64,000 bases of DNA from assembly GCA_046331705.1 (NCBI GenBank), contig JAXLQJ010000001.1, forward strand, positions 62,001 through 126,000, in the 5' to 3' direction. The notes under the pieces are model-generated. The model saw only the letters and a list, made by a program, of their open reading frames with translations, was not told the origin of the DNA and made no database searches. The DNA comes from a bacterium. GTDB taxonomy: Bacteria > JADJOY01. This document shows positions 36,187 through 46,675 of this stretch, in pieces. Positions within the stretch are counted from its first letter, which is position 1. Every line of letters begins with the position of its first letter. Both the position numbers and the translations under genes were made by a program.

Positions 36187-38085
36187 ATGTCCCTAGCTCG
36201 TCGATCTCGCCGACTGCTCCTTGGCGTCGCGCTCGTCGTTGCCGCCGCAAGCGACGCCGGCGCCTTCCCCGGCATTCGCAGGGCATTCAACAACCTCTAT
36301 CCCGCCCAGCGCGGCACGCTCTTCGACGGCACCGGCCGCAGCCAATGCGGCGTCTGCCATCGCAGCTCCTACGGCTTCGACGTGGGCGGCGAGCGCAACG
36401 CGTACGGTCACGAGATCGAGGAGCAGTTCGTCGACGACGGCGGGCCGTGCAGCAACGCGTCCTGCGCGATCCAGAACGCGGCGTCGCTGGATTCCGACGG
36501 CGACGGCGTCACCAACGGCGACGAGATCGCGGCGCTCACGTGGCCCGGGTACTCGAACGCCAACTGCCCTCCCGAGGCCAACTGGAAGTGCGAGGCCGTG
36601 GGGAACGCGAGCTCCGACGCCGACGGCGACGGCTGGACCCCCGCCGCCGGCGACTGCAACGACGACGACGCGAAGGTGCATCCCAACGCCACCGACTATT
36701 GCGGCGACGATCGGGACTCGGATTGCGACGGCGTGGACGAGGACTGCCAGGATCTCGCCGCCGCGGTGAAGGTGCCGCGCGAGTTCAAGGTGGAGCTGTT
36801 CGCGACCGGCCTCGAGCTACCGGTCTACATGGCGGTGGGACCGGATGGACGCATCTACGTGGCCGAGCACACCGGCCGCGTGCGCACGCTCGACGGCAGC
36901 CACGGGCTGCCCGCGACCGTGACCACGTTCGCCGAGGACCTCTACCAGCCCTACGGCATCGCGTTCGGGCCCAACGACGGCAAGCTCTACGTCTCGGAGA
37001 ACAACGGTCAGATCGAACGATTCACGGACTCGAACGCCGACGGTGTGGCCGACTCGCGCGAGACCTTCGTCTCGGGCATCTGCAATTTCTGCTTTCCGTT
37101 CTCGGTGCAGGGGCTCGCCTTCGACGTGAACGGCGACCTGCTGGTGGGCGCCGCCGGCGGCGACGTCTACAACAACGTCTTCCTGCGCATCACGCCGGGC
37201 GGCTCGATGAGCGTCGTGGCCACCGGCATCCGCAATCCCACGGACATCACGCGTACCCTCGACGGGCACTGGGTGGCGCCGGACAACGGACCCGAGTCGA
37301 ACGACGAGCTCAACGAGATCGTGGAGGGTTCCGACTACGGCTGGCCCACCTACTGGGGCGAGCCGCCGCCGGCCAGCGGCACCGTGGCGCCGATCCAGCT
37401 CTATCCGAAAGGCGAGGCGCCGACCGGGATCACGACGTATACCGGCAGCGCGTGGTGCGGTTACGAAGGCGACGCGTTCATCTCGTTCTTCCATTCGGAT
37501 GCGTTCGCCGATCCCAAGCTCAAGGGGAAGATCGAGCGCGTGAAGCTCGCCACGGTGAGCGGCAGCGTGCAGGTGGTGTCGACCGAGCACTTCGCGACCC
37601 GGCTCGACACGCCGATGGACGTGGCGTTCGACGCCGCGGGACGCATGTACATCGACGAGTACTGGCCGGGCCTGGTGTTCCGCGTCTCGCCGCGAGACAC
37701 CGACGGCGACGGCCAGCTCGACGTCTGTGACACGAACGACGACAACGACGCGCTCCCCGACGCCTCCGACAACTGCCCAGCCAAGTCGGGGCTGAGCCAA
37801 GTGGACCAGGACGGCGACGGGATCGGCGACGCCTGCGACAACTGCCCGTCGGTCGCCAATCCCGATCAGGCGGACCTCGACCTGACGAACTACGGCGACG
37901 CGTGCGAGCCGCGCGCCTGCGGCAGCTTCGCGGAGCTCGGGATGAGCGGCACCGCCGCGAGCGCGCCACACGTGCGTGGCGTGCGCACCGTCAACCTCGC
38001 GCTCTACGGCGCGGGACCGCTGTTCGCGATCTGGCTGGCCGGGCGCCGGCGGCGACGTTCTCGGGCGGGCGCGGGCGAGGCCTGA
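36187..38085 (+). CDS. Surface/exported PQQ-type sugar dehydrogenase-like propeller with N-terminal CxxCH domain, Ca-binding repeats and C-terminal anchor
   Basis: Signal peptide; CGVCH; DADGDGW...DCND...HPNA..C.D..DSDCDG motif; GSDH motifs FATGL..P, GIRNP, DELN.I..G.DYGWP; TSP3 repeats DNCP..NPDQ.D; hydrophobic segment plus RRRRR. Alternative start at 36136. Confidence 0.82.
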   Translation: MSLARRSRRLLLGVALVVAAASDAGAFPGIRRAFNNLYPAQRGTLFDGTGRSQCGVCHRSSYGFDVGGERNAYGHEIEEQFVDDGGPCSNASCAIQNAASLDSDGDGVTNGDEIAALTWPGYSNANCPPEANWKCEAVGNASSDADGDGWTPAAGDCNDDDAKVHPNATDYCGDDRDSDCDGVDEDCQDLAAAVKVPREFKVELFATGLELPVYMAVGPDGRIYVAEHTGRVRTLDGSHGLPATVTTFAEDLYQPYGIAFGPNDGKLYVSENNGQIERFTDSNADGVADSRETFVSGICNFCFPFSVQGLAFDVNGDLLVGAAGGDVYNNVFLRITPGGSMSVVATGIRNPTDITRTLDGHWVAPDNGPESNDELNEIVEGSDYGWPTYWGEPPPASGTVAPIQLYPKGEAPTGITTYTGSAWCGYEGDAFISFFHSDAFADPKLKGKIERVKLATVSGSVQVVSTEHFATRLDTPMDVAFDAAGRMYIDEYWPGLVFRVSPRDTDGDGQLDVCDTNDDNDALPDASDNCPAKSGLSQVDQDGDGIGDACDNCPSVANPDQADLDLTNYGDACEPRACGSFAELGMSGTAASAPHVRGVRTVNLALYGAGPLFAIWLAGRRRRRSRAGAGEA

Positions 38086-38130
38086 ATCCCGCCGCGCCCA
38101 ATCGGCCCGCGCGCGCTCGCCCTGCCGTGC

Positions 38131-38982
38131 TCAGCGGACGGGTTTCCCCTTCCGCATGTTCCGGCCGTAGAAGATCTCGTCCATCTCGTGCTGGAGTCGC
38201 TCGCGAACCTGTGCCGCGTCGCGTGGCGAGAGCTCCTCGGACCCCATGCCGAAGAGGTAGTTGTCCAAGCGAAAGTCCTTCACCCGCATCTTCGTGTGGA
38301 AGATGTTCTCTTGGTAGACGTTCACGTCGACCCGGTCGTAGCGGTCGCGGACGTCCTCCGTCAGGAAGTTCTGGATGCTGGTGAGGTCGTGATCCAGGAA
38401 GAACTTGGTGCCGCGGATGTCGCGAGTGAAGCCGCGAATCCGGTAGTCCAGGATCACGATGTCCGAGTCGAACGAGTGAATCAGGAAGTTGAGCGCCTTG
38501 AGCGGTGAGACCCGCCCACAGGTCGAGACGTCGATGTCCGCGCGAAACGTGCTGATGCCGTTGTCCGGGTGCGACTCCGGGTACGTGTGCACGGTGATGT
38601 GAGACTTGTCGAGGTGCGCGACGACGGACTCGGACACCGGCGGCGGGCGTAACGGCGCGCGAAGCGGGCCCGGGGTCTCCTCGCCGAACGACTCGCTCGC
38701 GATGACGTCGACGCCGGTCGGCTCCTCCGAGATCAGCATCGTGACCGACGCGCCCTGCGGATCGTAGTCCTGGTGCGCGATGTTCAGGATGCTCGCACCG
38801 ATGATGTGCGCCACCTCGCTCAGGATCTCGGTCAGACGCCGCGCGTCGTAGGTCTCGTCGATGTAGGCGATGTACTCGCGCTGCTGGTTCTCGTTGGTCG
38901 CGTAGTTGATGTCGTAGATGTTGAAGCTCAAGGTCTTGGTGAGGTTGTTGAACCCCTGCAGCTTGAGCTTGCGGTGCGACAT
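38131..38982 (-). CDS. speD: S-adenosylmethionine decarboxylase proenzyme (E. coli type)
   Basis: [45 protein letters not shown] (self-cleavage site), DVSTCG, FHTKM; GAGGAGG RBS. Confidence 0.95.
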   Translation of the reverse strand: MSHRKLKLQGFNNLTKTLSFNIYDINYATNENQQREYIAYIDETYDARRLTEILSEVAHIIGASILNIAHQDYDPQGASVTMLISEEPTGVDVIASESFGEETPGPLRAPLRPPPVSESVVAHLDKSHITVHTYPESHPDNGISTFRADIDVSTCGRVSPLKALNFLIHSFDSDIVILDYRIRGFTRDIRGTKFFLDHDLTSIQNFLTEDVRDRYDRVDVNVYQENIFHTKMRVKDFRLDNYLFGMGSEELSPRDAAQVRERLQHEMDEIFYGRNMRKGKPVR

Positions 38983-39224
38983 CTTCCGACACCTCCTCGA
39001 ACCGGGAACGGCCCTTCGTCCACGCGCTCCCCACGACCGAACCGCGCGCGGGCGCAGCATAGTCCGCGCCCTTGCCCCCCACCAGATCCGCCGGCAGGAA
39101 CCGAAGGGGCGCCGAGCCGAAAAGGCGCGCGCCGCGGCTCCGTGCGAAGCCGCGGCGCGCGAGACGAACGAAGCGCTGCCGCGCGACCCCTCCGCCGCGC
39201 GGCAGCGCTACCCGAGGAGGAGAG

Positions 39225-39926
39225 TCAGAAGTTGACCGCGACGTACCCGCCAGCGCTCAAGTAGCTGGTGTCGGTGTCGGTCTCGTGGAGGCTCTTCGTG
39301 TAGCGGACGTCCAAGCCGGCCGAGAGCGGCTTCGAGAACTTGATGTCGACGCCGGCGGCGAACGTCAGACCGAGATCGAGGTACGTGGTGTCCGGCGACG
39401 GCGGCGAAGGCACCAGGAACGCCAAGCCGATCGGAATCACGAACGGCTGCACGACGCCCGAGGAGTTGAGCTTCACCTTCGGCGCCACCGCGACCTCGAG
39501 CTGGCTCACGCTGACCACGCTCTGGGCGGGAACGGTGGGTTCACCGGTGATGTTGTCGATGATCGTGCCGGTGGTCTGCTGCACGTACTTGTCGGAGAAC
39601 TTCGAATACTCGACGAAGATCTCGCCGACCACGGTGGCGTCGCCGGGCATCCACGACATGTCCTCGCCGGCCCACAGCGACAGGTCGAGCGCCGCCGCGA
39701 TTCCCAGCCCACCGGTGCCGTCGTTCTTCGTGCCGTTCAGCCCGAGCGTGTCGGTGAACGCTTCACCGCCACGGTCGTCCGAGAGCGCGGAATAGGCCGC
39801 CCGGAAGATCACTTCGCCACGGCCCGAGCCCTCGGCACGAGCTTGGCTCAACGCACCCGCCACCAACGTCAGCACGATCGCCGCGCACGCGGCGAGGCCG
39901 AGAGTCTTCCATCCCCGAGACCTCAT
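39225..39926 (-). CDS. Small outer-membrane beta-barrel protein
   Basis: Signal peptide (QARA), amphipathic beta strands, C-terminal GGYVAVNF with terminal Phe; GGAGG RBS. Confidence 0.78.
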   Translation of the reverse strand: MRSRGWKTLGLAACAAIVLTLVAGALSQARAEGSGRGEVIFRAAYSALSDDRGGEAFTDTLGLNGTKNDGTGGLGIAAALDLSLWAGEDMSWMPGDATVVGEIFVEYSKFSDKYVQQTTGTIIDNITGEPTVPAQSVVSVSQLEVAVAPKVKLNSSGVVQPFVIPIGLAFLVPSPPSPDTTYLDLGLTFAAGVDIKFSKPLSAGLDVRYTKSLHETDTDTSYLSAGGYVAVNF

Positions 39927-40536
39927 GTTTCCCTCCCTTTCCCTTTCCATCGTTGAGGCGCGGCACCAGCGCCGCGATAGGTTTCCAACTGCTCGGGAAC
40001 CGGTGGTGAGCGCGGACATCGCGCCGACGGCGCCACGACGCCGTTCGGGCAAGCGCGAACTTTCACGCCGGAAGCGCGGCAGGGTTCACGCCCCGTGCCG
40101 TCGCGCGCGTTGTGTCGATAAGTCACACAAAAACGGGACGAATTCGGTCGTGAACCGCTTTTCGAGCGAGGGCCGGGCTGCGCGACACCGACGCGAACGC
40201 GGATCCGCCCGTTTCGGCGCTGGCTAGCCCGACTCGATCGCCGCCCCACGTTCCACTTCGGTCACGCACGCCTGCGAACGAAAGTGCCCTCGGTAACCGG
40301 CTGGAAACTCGGCGATTCGATGGAGCTCGAATGACGACCCAGACTGTGACGGTTCGAGTGGCAACCGATCGAGAAGCGTGGCGCGATTCGTCGCCCATCG
40401 CCCCGTCGGACCCCGTTGGGGCCAAGCGCGAGCGCCATCGCTCTCGAGCGCGCGGACCGCTGCGCGCGGCAGTCCGAGCACGACGCCCCTCGAGCCCGCC
40501 GCGCGCGGCGGGCTCGAGGGAGGCGCTCGGTCTGGC

Positions 40537-41715
40537 TCAGCGCGGCGCGGTGTCCGCGGCGCGCACGATCGGAAACAGCGCGCTCACCTCGGAGCCGACT
40601 CCGACGCTGCTCGCGACCGCCACCGCGCCGCCGCCGGCGCGCACCGCCGCGAGCACGCCGGCGAGCCCCAGCCCGCGCCCCAGCTGCTTGGTGGAGAAGA
40701 ACGGGTCGAAGAGCTTGGCGAAATTCGACTCCGGGATGCCGCATCCGGTGTCACGCACGGTGAGCACCGCGTACTCGTCCGAGCGGGGTCGCCATTCCTC
40801 GGGAAACGTGGCCCAACCCTCGACCTGCTCGCGGCTCGCCAGCTCGATGCGAACACTCACCTCGCCCGTCGAATCGCCGAGCGCCTCGCCGGCGTTGGTG
40901 ACGAGCTGCACGATGGCTTGACGCAGCAAGCCTCCGTGCGCGAGCACGCGCAGCGTCACGTCCGGGATGGCGGTGACGAGCTTCGTCTCGGGCGGCAGCA
41001 CCACGGGGAGGAGCGGGAGCGCCTCGCGACACGCCTGAACCATGTCCACCACGTCGTCGGTGCTCTTCATCGACTCGACGTAGCGCCGGAGCGCGCGGCT
41101 CTGCTCGGCCGCGCGCTCGGCGGCGGCGATCGCACCGGCGAGACACGAGGCGAGGGTCGCCGGATCGTCGGATCGCATGCTCGCGAGCTCCAGGTTGAGC
41201 AGGATCCCCGTGAAGGCGTTGTTGAACACGTGGGCGATCGCGCCGGCCATCCGCGCCAAGCTCTCGCTCTTCTGCGCATGGGCCAGGCGCAGCTCGCTGG
41301 CGTTTTGATCGGCGATGCGGCGACGTCGTTCCTGCTCGGCGCGGTGCTTGTAGAGCGCCAACTGCACCGTCGCGTGCAGCTCGCGCTCCTCGAACGGCTT
41401 CACCAGGTAGCCCGCGGGCTCGACCCGTTGCGCGCGCTCGATCAGCTCCGGATCCGAGTACGCCGTCACGAACACGACCGGCACCTCGAGCCCGGCGCCG
41501 CGCAGCTCCGCCGCCACGTCGATCCCCGACATCGGCCCGGCCAGATTGATGTCCAGCAGGGCGATGTCCGGTTTCGTCTCGCGGATCCCGCGCGCCGCCG
41601 CCTCCCCTTCCGCCGCCACCCCCGTCACCGTGTAGCCGAGCGTGGTGAGGCGATCCTCGAGCTCCATCGCCACCAGCGCCTCGTCCTCGGCCAGGTACAC
41701 GCGCCCAGCGATCAT
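40537..41715 (-). CDS. REC-HisKA-HATPase hybrid protein
   Basis: LAEDE, LLDINL, YLVKPF; H-box IAHVFNN; DTGCGI, FDPFFSTK, GRGLGL; GGAGG RBS. Confidence 0.9.
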   Translation of the reverse strand: MIAGRVYLAEDEALVAMELEDRLTTLGYTVTGVAAEGEAAARGIRETKPDIALLDINLAGPMSGIDVAAELRGAGLEVPVVFVTAYSDPELIERAQRVEPAGYLVKPFEERELHATVQLALYKHRAEQERRRRIADQNASELRLAHAQKSESLARMAGAIAHVFNNAFTGILLNLELASMRSDDPATLASCLAGAIAAAERAAEQSRALRRYVESMKSTDDVVDMVQACREALPLLPVVLPPETKLVTAIPDVTLRVLAHGGLLRQAIVQLVTNAGEALGDSTGEVSVRIELASREQVEGWATFPEEWRPRSDEYAVLTVRDTGCGIPESNFAKLFDPFFSTKQLGRGLGLAGVLAAVRAGGGAVAVASSVGVGSEVSALFPIVRAADTAPR

Positions 41716-41767
41716 GGTTCGTTCCTCCCGGCATCGCCGAGCGCTGCGCTCGGGGGGGCCGAAGCGC

Positions 41768-44700
41768 TCACGGCTGCGCACCCGGCGCGATCGGACTGGT
41801 GAACGTGACCGCCGTGCCGACCTCGCGCGCGATCGAGATCGTGCCGTTCACCTGACGCGCCAAGCCGCGGACGAGCTGCCAGCCGAACGAGCCGGCGCTG
41901 GTGGCCTCGAAGTCGGCGGGCAGGCCGACGCCGTCGTCCGCCACGGTGATCTGGATGCTGTCGTCGACTCGCCGCACGCGAACCTCCGCGAGCCCTCCGC
42001 GTCCGCGGGGGAACGCGTACTTGAAGACGTTGGTCAGCAGCTCGCAGATCACCATGCCGCAAGGCAACGCCTGATCGATGGACAAGCGCAAGGGCTCGAG
42101 CATCACGCGCACCTCGATGCCGCGCTGGGCCGCGGCGTGGGAGGTCAGCAGCTCGTGAACCAGCGAGCGCGCGTAGTCGGCGAAGTCGAGGCGCGACAGA
42201 TCGTCCGCTCGATAGAGCTGCTGGTGGACCAAGATCATCGAGCGGAGCCGATCGCGGCCTTCGTTCAGAACCGCCAAGTCGCGCGGATCGTGGACCTTCT
42301 TGGCCTGGAAGTGCAGGACGCTGGAGATGATCTGCAGGTTGTTCTTCACCCGGTGGTGGATCTCGCGCAGCAGGATCTCCTTCTCGCGCACCGAACGCCG
42401 CAACAACTCCTCCATCGCCACCCGATCGCTCACTTCCTGTACCGTGCCGCGCGAACGCAATGCCGTACCGTCGGAGGAGTACTCGGTCTCGCAGTGCTCG
42501 TCGACGATGCGCAGACGGCCGTCGGGCAGGAGCAACCGGTGAGTGATGAGGTAGGGGCTTCGGGTCGCCAGCGAGTCTCGATAGGCGTCGTCGACGCGTT
42601 CGCGATCGTCCGGATGCACCCTCGCCAGGAACGCTTCGTACGAGGCCGTGAACTCGCGGCGATCCAGACCGAACAACCGGTACGTCTCGTCCGACCACCA
42701 CAGCTCGCCGCGCGCGATGTCGAGCTCCCAGCTGCCCATGCGGGCCATCTTCTGAGCGAGGCGCAATCGCATCTCGCTGCGTCTGAGCTCTTCCTGGGCG
42801 CGCTTGCGCGCGGTGATGTCGCGCACGATCGCCCACATGCCAGACGGCACGCCATCCGCGTCACGTAGCAGGAAGGTGCGCAGCTCGATCGGAAAGACCG
42901 TGCCGTCCTTGCGCCGGTACTCCTTCTCGTACACGTCCGAATGGCCGATCGGCACGACCTGATCCTCGACGATGCTTCGTTCGAAGCCGTGCCATTCCGC
43001 CGGAGTCAGATCGACGTAGGTGAGCCGGGCGAGCTCGCCCGCCGTATAGCCCAACATCTCCCGATACGCCCGGTTGCTGTCGACGATGACGCCGCGCATG
43101 TCGGTTGCGACGAATGCGTCCATCATGCTGTCGTGAAGGCGGCGATAGCGCGACTCGTGCTCGAGCGCAGCGCGCTCGGCGCGGCTGTGCGCCTCGGCCG
43201 AGGCGATGCGATCGAGGGTCGCAGCGACGTGCGCGGCGACGGCGGCCAGGTACTCGCGCCGCGCCGTCGTGGGTTCGAGTAGGCGCTGCCCATCGGACGT
43301 CCGAAGCCCGATGATCCCGAGCCTGCGGCTCGCGAGGCTCACGGGCACACAGACCCAAGGACCGCCGTCTGGATCGTGGGGCGCGCCATCCGGCGCCTGG
43401 AACACGATGGGTGGAACGCGTGACACCGAGATCTCGGTGCAGGCGAGGAGCCCACGCAGCTCGGATCCAGCATCCCCGCCGAGGTCGATCTCCCGCGGCG
43501 CGCAGCTCGACTCGCCGTCGATCCGGCGAGCGGGATCGATCCACAGCACCCGATCCTCGCCATCGCGCTTCACGACCAGCCACGTGCGGCTGTAGCCGAG
43601 CTCGAGCGCGAGCGCCTCCTCGATGGCCGGAACCACGTCCGAATAGCCGCGTGCCTGCTCCAGGCGCCGCGACATGCTCAGCAAGGCCTGATTGCGCCGA
43701 ACGGCTTCGTGAAGGGCGGCGCTGGCCTGCACACGCTCCGTGACATCGACCCCGAAGCCCGCCACGTAGGCGATCTCGCCGCGCTCGTCGCGGACCGGGC
43801 CAAACGTGAAATCCACCATCACGAGCGCACCGTCGCGCACCTGCGCGGTGGCCTCGAAGCGAACGGCCTCGCCACGCGCGGCCTTCTCCATCTCCGCTCG
43901 CACCCGCGTCCCGACGTGGGCGTCGTGGCCGAACCAATACGTTTCCCAGAGCCGCTTTCCCATCACGTCCGCGAGCTGCAATCCCGCGAGCTCGAGCGGA
44001 GCCCGGTTGGCGTAGATGCAGGTGCCGTCCAGCTCGAACACGCCCAGGTAGCCGAAGAGCGAGTCCAGCACCTGCTGATTGCGGCTTTCGGTCGCGCGCA
44101 GGCGTTGCTCGGCGGCCAGCCGCTCGGTGACGTCGACGCCCACCGCCACCAGGCTCACGAACCCGCCGTCGGCGTCCTTGAGCGCCTCGTCGTGCCACTC
44201 GATCTGCCGCTCTTCGCCGGCGCGCGTCACGATCGCGTTGACGTTGCCGCGCGTCGGGATACCGCTGATCGCTCGTCGGAAGAGCTCGCGGATCCGGCCT
44301 CGATCGCGCTCGGGAAGGAACGTGAGCCATTCCTTGCCGCGCACCTCGTCGAGGCGGTAGCCGGTGAGACGCTCGAAGGCCGGGTTCACGTGCTCGACGA
44401 GGCCATCGTTCGTGAGCACGACCACCAGCGCCGGCGCGACGCCCAGCAAGCGGCGCGCGAACTCCCGCTCACGCTCGAGCGCCGCGGCGGTCTCACGGAC
44501 CTCGGAGACGTCGAGCAGAGCTCCCATGATGGCGATCGGCGTGCCGGAGGGCGCGCGCACGAGGAACCCCGAGACGCGCGCCGGGAAGCGCCGCCCCCGC
44601 ACGCCGCGCACGTCGACCTCCGCGTCGAATCCGCCCGTGCTCGCGATCGCCGCGAGCACCTGGTCACCCTGCTCGCGTGACGCAGCGAAATCGGCCGCGT

Positions 44701-45646
44701 GCCGCCCGATCGCATCCGCCGGAGAATCGAGCTGCCAGAGTCGCGCGAAGGCCGGGTTCACGTACTGAACTCGGCCCGCGAGGTCGGAGATGCAAAACGC
44801 GTTGAGCGAGGAATCGAGCGCGTAACGCAGGATCGCCAGCTCGTCGTTGGCGCGGGAGAGCTCGTCGGTGCGCTTGGCGACGCGCGCCTCCAGGCCGCCG
44901 AGAACCTCGCGCAGCTCCCGCGCTTGCTCGTGCGTACGCGCCACGACGTCGCGCATCTCGCGGCCCACCAGCCAGCCGAGCGACAACGCGCCGACCAGCG
45001 CGCCCATCGCGCGCACCAGCTCGACAGCGATCGCGGCCACGCCGAACCATCCGTCCGTCGACTCGAGCGCAGGGCGTATCCCTGACGAGAGCTCGACCCC
45101 CAGGCCGTTGACGAGACCGAAGCTCACGAACGAGACCGCCAGCGCGCGCGCCACCCACCGTTCCCGGCGCGTGGTCGCCACTCGCCTGGCGCGTGCCAGC
45201 ACCACCAACCCCGCGACGAGCGCGCTGGGAGAGGCGATCAACCAGCTCGCCCAGGTCGCCGTGGGCGCGGCGACACGCGCCGATCGCGCGAGGATCCACC
45301 ACACGACTCCGAGCAACGGGAGGTAGAGCCAGGGGCCCGTCAGCGGCCGCCACGGCGCCACGACCTCGCGCGCGCGATCGGCGGCGATCCGGCGCGCGTA
45401 CTCGAAGAGCGGCAACGACGTCAGCGCTTCCACCATCCCCCACGCGGTCGAGAAGTGGCCGCGACTGCCGGTCCACACGCTGAGCAGAGCGACAGCGCAC
45501 TGCGACAGGCCGAACACCCCCAGCCAGCCGAGGTGACGCGCGGGGGGCCGGGCGCGCGCGCCGGAGGGCAGCAGCAACGCGACGACTCCGAGGACGGCGA
45601 AGCTCACCGCCGCGAACGCGTCGATCACGACGAAGCGCGGGCTCAT
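41768..45646 (-). CDS. Membrane multi-PAS/GAF sensor histidine kinase (HisKA_2 type)
   Basis: N-terminal TMs, about five PAS/PAC units, a GAF-like segment, H-box LREIHHRVKNNLQ, ELLTNVFKYAF, DDGVG. Confidence 0.9.
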   Translation of the reverse strand: MSPRFVVIDAFAAVSFAVLGVVALLLPSGARARPPARHLGWLGVFGLSQCAVALLSVWTGSRGHFSTAWGMVEALTSLPLFEYARRIAADRAREVVAPWRPLTGPWLYLPLLGVVWWILARSARVAAPTATWASWLIASPSALVAGLVVLARARRVATTRRERWVARALAVSFVSFGLVNGLGVELSSGIRPALESTDGWFGVAAIAVELVRAMGALVGALSLGWLVGREMRDVVARTHEQARELREVLGGLEARVAKRTDELSRANDELAILRYALDSSLNAFCISDLAGRVQYVNPAFARLWQLDSPADAIGRHAADFAASREQGDQVLAAIASTGGFDAEVDVRGVRGRRFPARVSGFLVRAPSGTPIAIMGALLDVSEVRETAAALEREREFARRLLGVAPALVVVLTNDGLVEHVNPAFERLTGYRLDEVRGKEWLTFLPERDRGRIRELFRRAISGIPTRGNVNAIVTRAGEERQIEWHDEALKDADGGFVSLVAVGVDVTERLAAEQRLRATESRNQQVLDSLFGYLGVFELDGTCIYANRAPLELAGLQLADVMGKRLWETYWFGHDAHVGTRVRAEMEKAARGEAVRFEATAQVRDGALVMVDFTFGPVRDERGEIAYVAGFGVDVTERVQASAALHEAVRRNQALLSMSRRLEQARGYSDVVPAIEEALALELGYSRTWLVVKRDGEDRVLWIDPARRIDGESSCAPREIDLGGDAGSELRGLLACTEISVSRVPPIVFQAPDGAPHDPDGGPWVCVPVSLASRRLGIIGLRTSDGQRLLEPTTARREYLAAVAAHVAATLDRIASAEAHSRAERAALEHESRYRRLHDSMMDAFVATDMRGVIVDSNRAYREMLGYTAGELARLTYVDLTPAEWHGFERSIVEDQVVPIGHSDVYEKEYRRKDGTVFPIELRTFLLRDADGVPSGMWAIVRDITARKRAQEELRRSEMRLRLAQKMARMGSWELDIARGELWWSDETYRLFGLDRREFTASYEAFLARVHPDDRERVDDAYRDSLATRSPYLITHRLLLPDGRLRIVDEHCETEYSSDGTALRSRGTVQEVSDRVAMEELLRRSVREKEILLREIHHRVKNNLQIISSVLHFQAKKVHDPRDLAVLNEGRDRLRSMILVHQQLYRADDLSRLDFADYARSLVHELLTSHAAAQRGIEVRVMLEPLRLSIDQALPCGMVICELLTNVFKYAFPRGRGGLAEVRVRRVDDSIQITVADDGVGLPADFEATSAGSFGWQLVRGLARQVNGTISIAREVGTAVTFTSPIAPGAQP

Positions 45647-45964
45647 CTCGCTTGCCCGTCGGCAGGGTCCGCGGCGGAACGGCGGCACGCGACGTACGCA
45701 GGCGCGATGGGGCCGGATCGAGAGCGCAGGACTCCCGGATCGATACGACCCGGTGGGCTGCGGCGGGGCAGGCCTCGCCGGCACCACGGGAGCTCGGACA
45801 CGTGCATGAGCGATGAAACCGTAGCAAGTCCGGTACCCACGCGGTGATCGCCGTGCGCGCCTGGGGAAGGGCGGCGGCCGAGCACATCCCGTGGCGAGCC
45901 ACGGGTAGGCCCCGCCACGGCGAGAGCGGGGCGACTCCGACGCTGCGCGAGTCCGAGCGCGCGG

Positions 45965-46675
45965 TCAGCTCGGGACGGACATCACGGCGCGGCCTTCGTG
46001 GCAGGGCGCCGCCGGATCTCCGGAGACCAAGGCGGGGATGGGGCGCGCGACCAGCGCGAGGGCCCCCATCATGAGCACGATCGCGAGCGCCCGCGACCAC
46101 GAGCGTCGGTCCACGCTCGCGAGCCGTCGCGTGACCCACGCTGCACCGACGAGCGCGACGCCGCTCACGGCGGCGAACGCGATCATCGTCGCGAAGCCGT
46201 CGAGCGCCGTGCCGGTGGCTGCCGCGAGGCCCACCGCCGCAGCCAGCGCGCCACACGGCAAGAGCGCTGTCGTGGCGCCGAAGAGCGCGGGCTCGCTCGG
46301 CATGCGCGCCACCGCGCGCTCGAAGAGCGAGGGCGCGTCGCCGCCGCTGAGCGCGACACCGGACGACTTGGGCGCGCCGCCGCGCTGCCAGGCGCGTATC
46401 GCCGCCACCGCGAGCGCCGCGGCCAGCGACCACGAGATCAACGCCGCGCCCCAGCGCCCGGCGATCAACGTCGCTGCCGCGCCCCCCAGGGCGCCAGCGG
46501 CGATGCCGAGAGCGCCGTATCCCACGAAGCGGCCGAGCTGATAACGCCACGGCGCCGTCGGGCCCGCGCCGCTGCGCGCGCACGCGAAGCCGGCGAGCGG
46601 CCCGCACATCGCTCCGCAATGCGGGATGCTCGCGAGCCCCGCCGCCGCGCCTGCGAGCAAGGCCTCGCCGATCAA
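45965..46675 (-). CDS. DsbD_2/TauE-like membrane protein associated with cbb3 assembly
   Basis: HCGAMCG, YQLGR..GY, LLPCG motifs; last gene of the cco operon, overlapping the ccoG stop. Confidence 0.82.
   Translation of the reverse strand: MIGEALLAGAAAGLASIPHCGAMCGPLAGFACARSGAGPTAPWRYQLGRFVGYGALGIAAGALGGAAATLIAGRWGAALISWSLAAALAVAAIRAWQRGGAPKSSGVALSGGDAPSLFERAVARMPSEPALFGATTALLPCGALAAAVGLAAATGTALDGFATMIAFAAVSGVALVGAAWVTRRLASVDRRSWSRALAIVLMMGALALVARPIPALVSGDPAAPCHEGRAVMSVPS

Noticed and set aside
40259-40380. Resemblance to a c-di-GMP-I riboswitch (GGTCACGCAC on plus; CCGGTTACCGA on minus)
   Set aside because: The GGCAAA / GAAA-loop / GACGCAAA core is missing and the two fragments are on opposite strands. 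An Infernal search would settle it.
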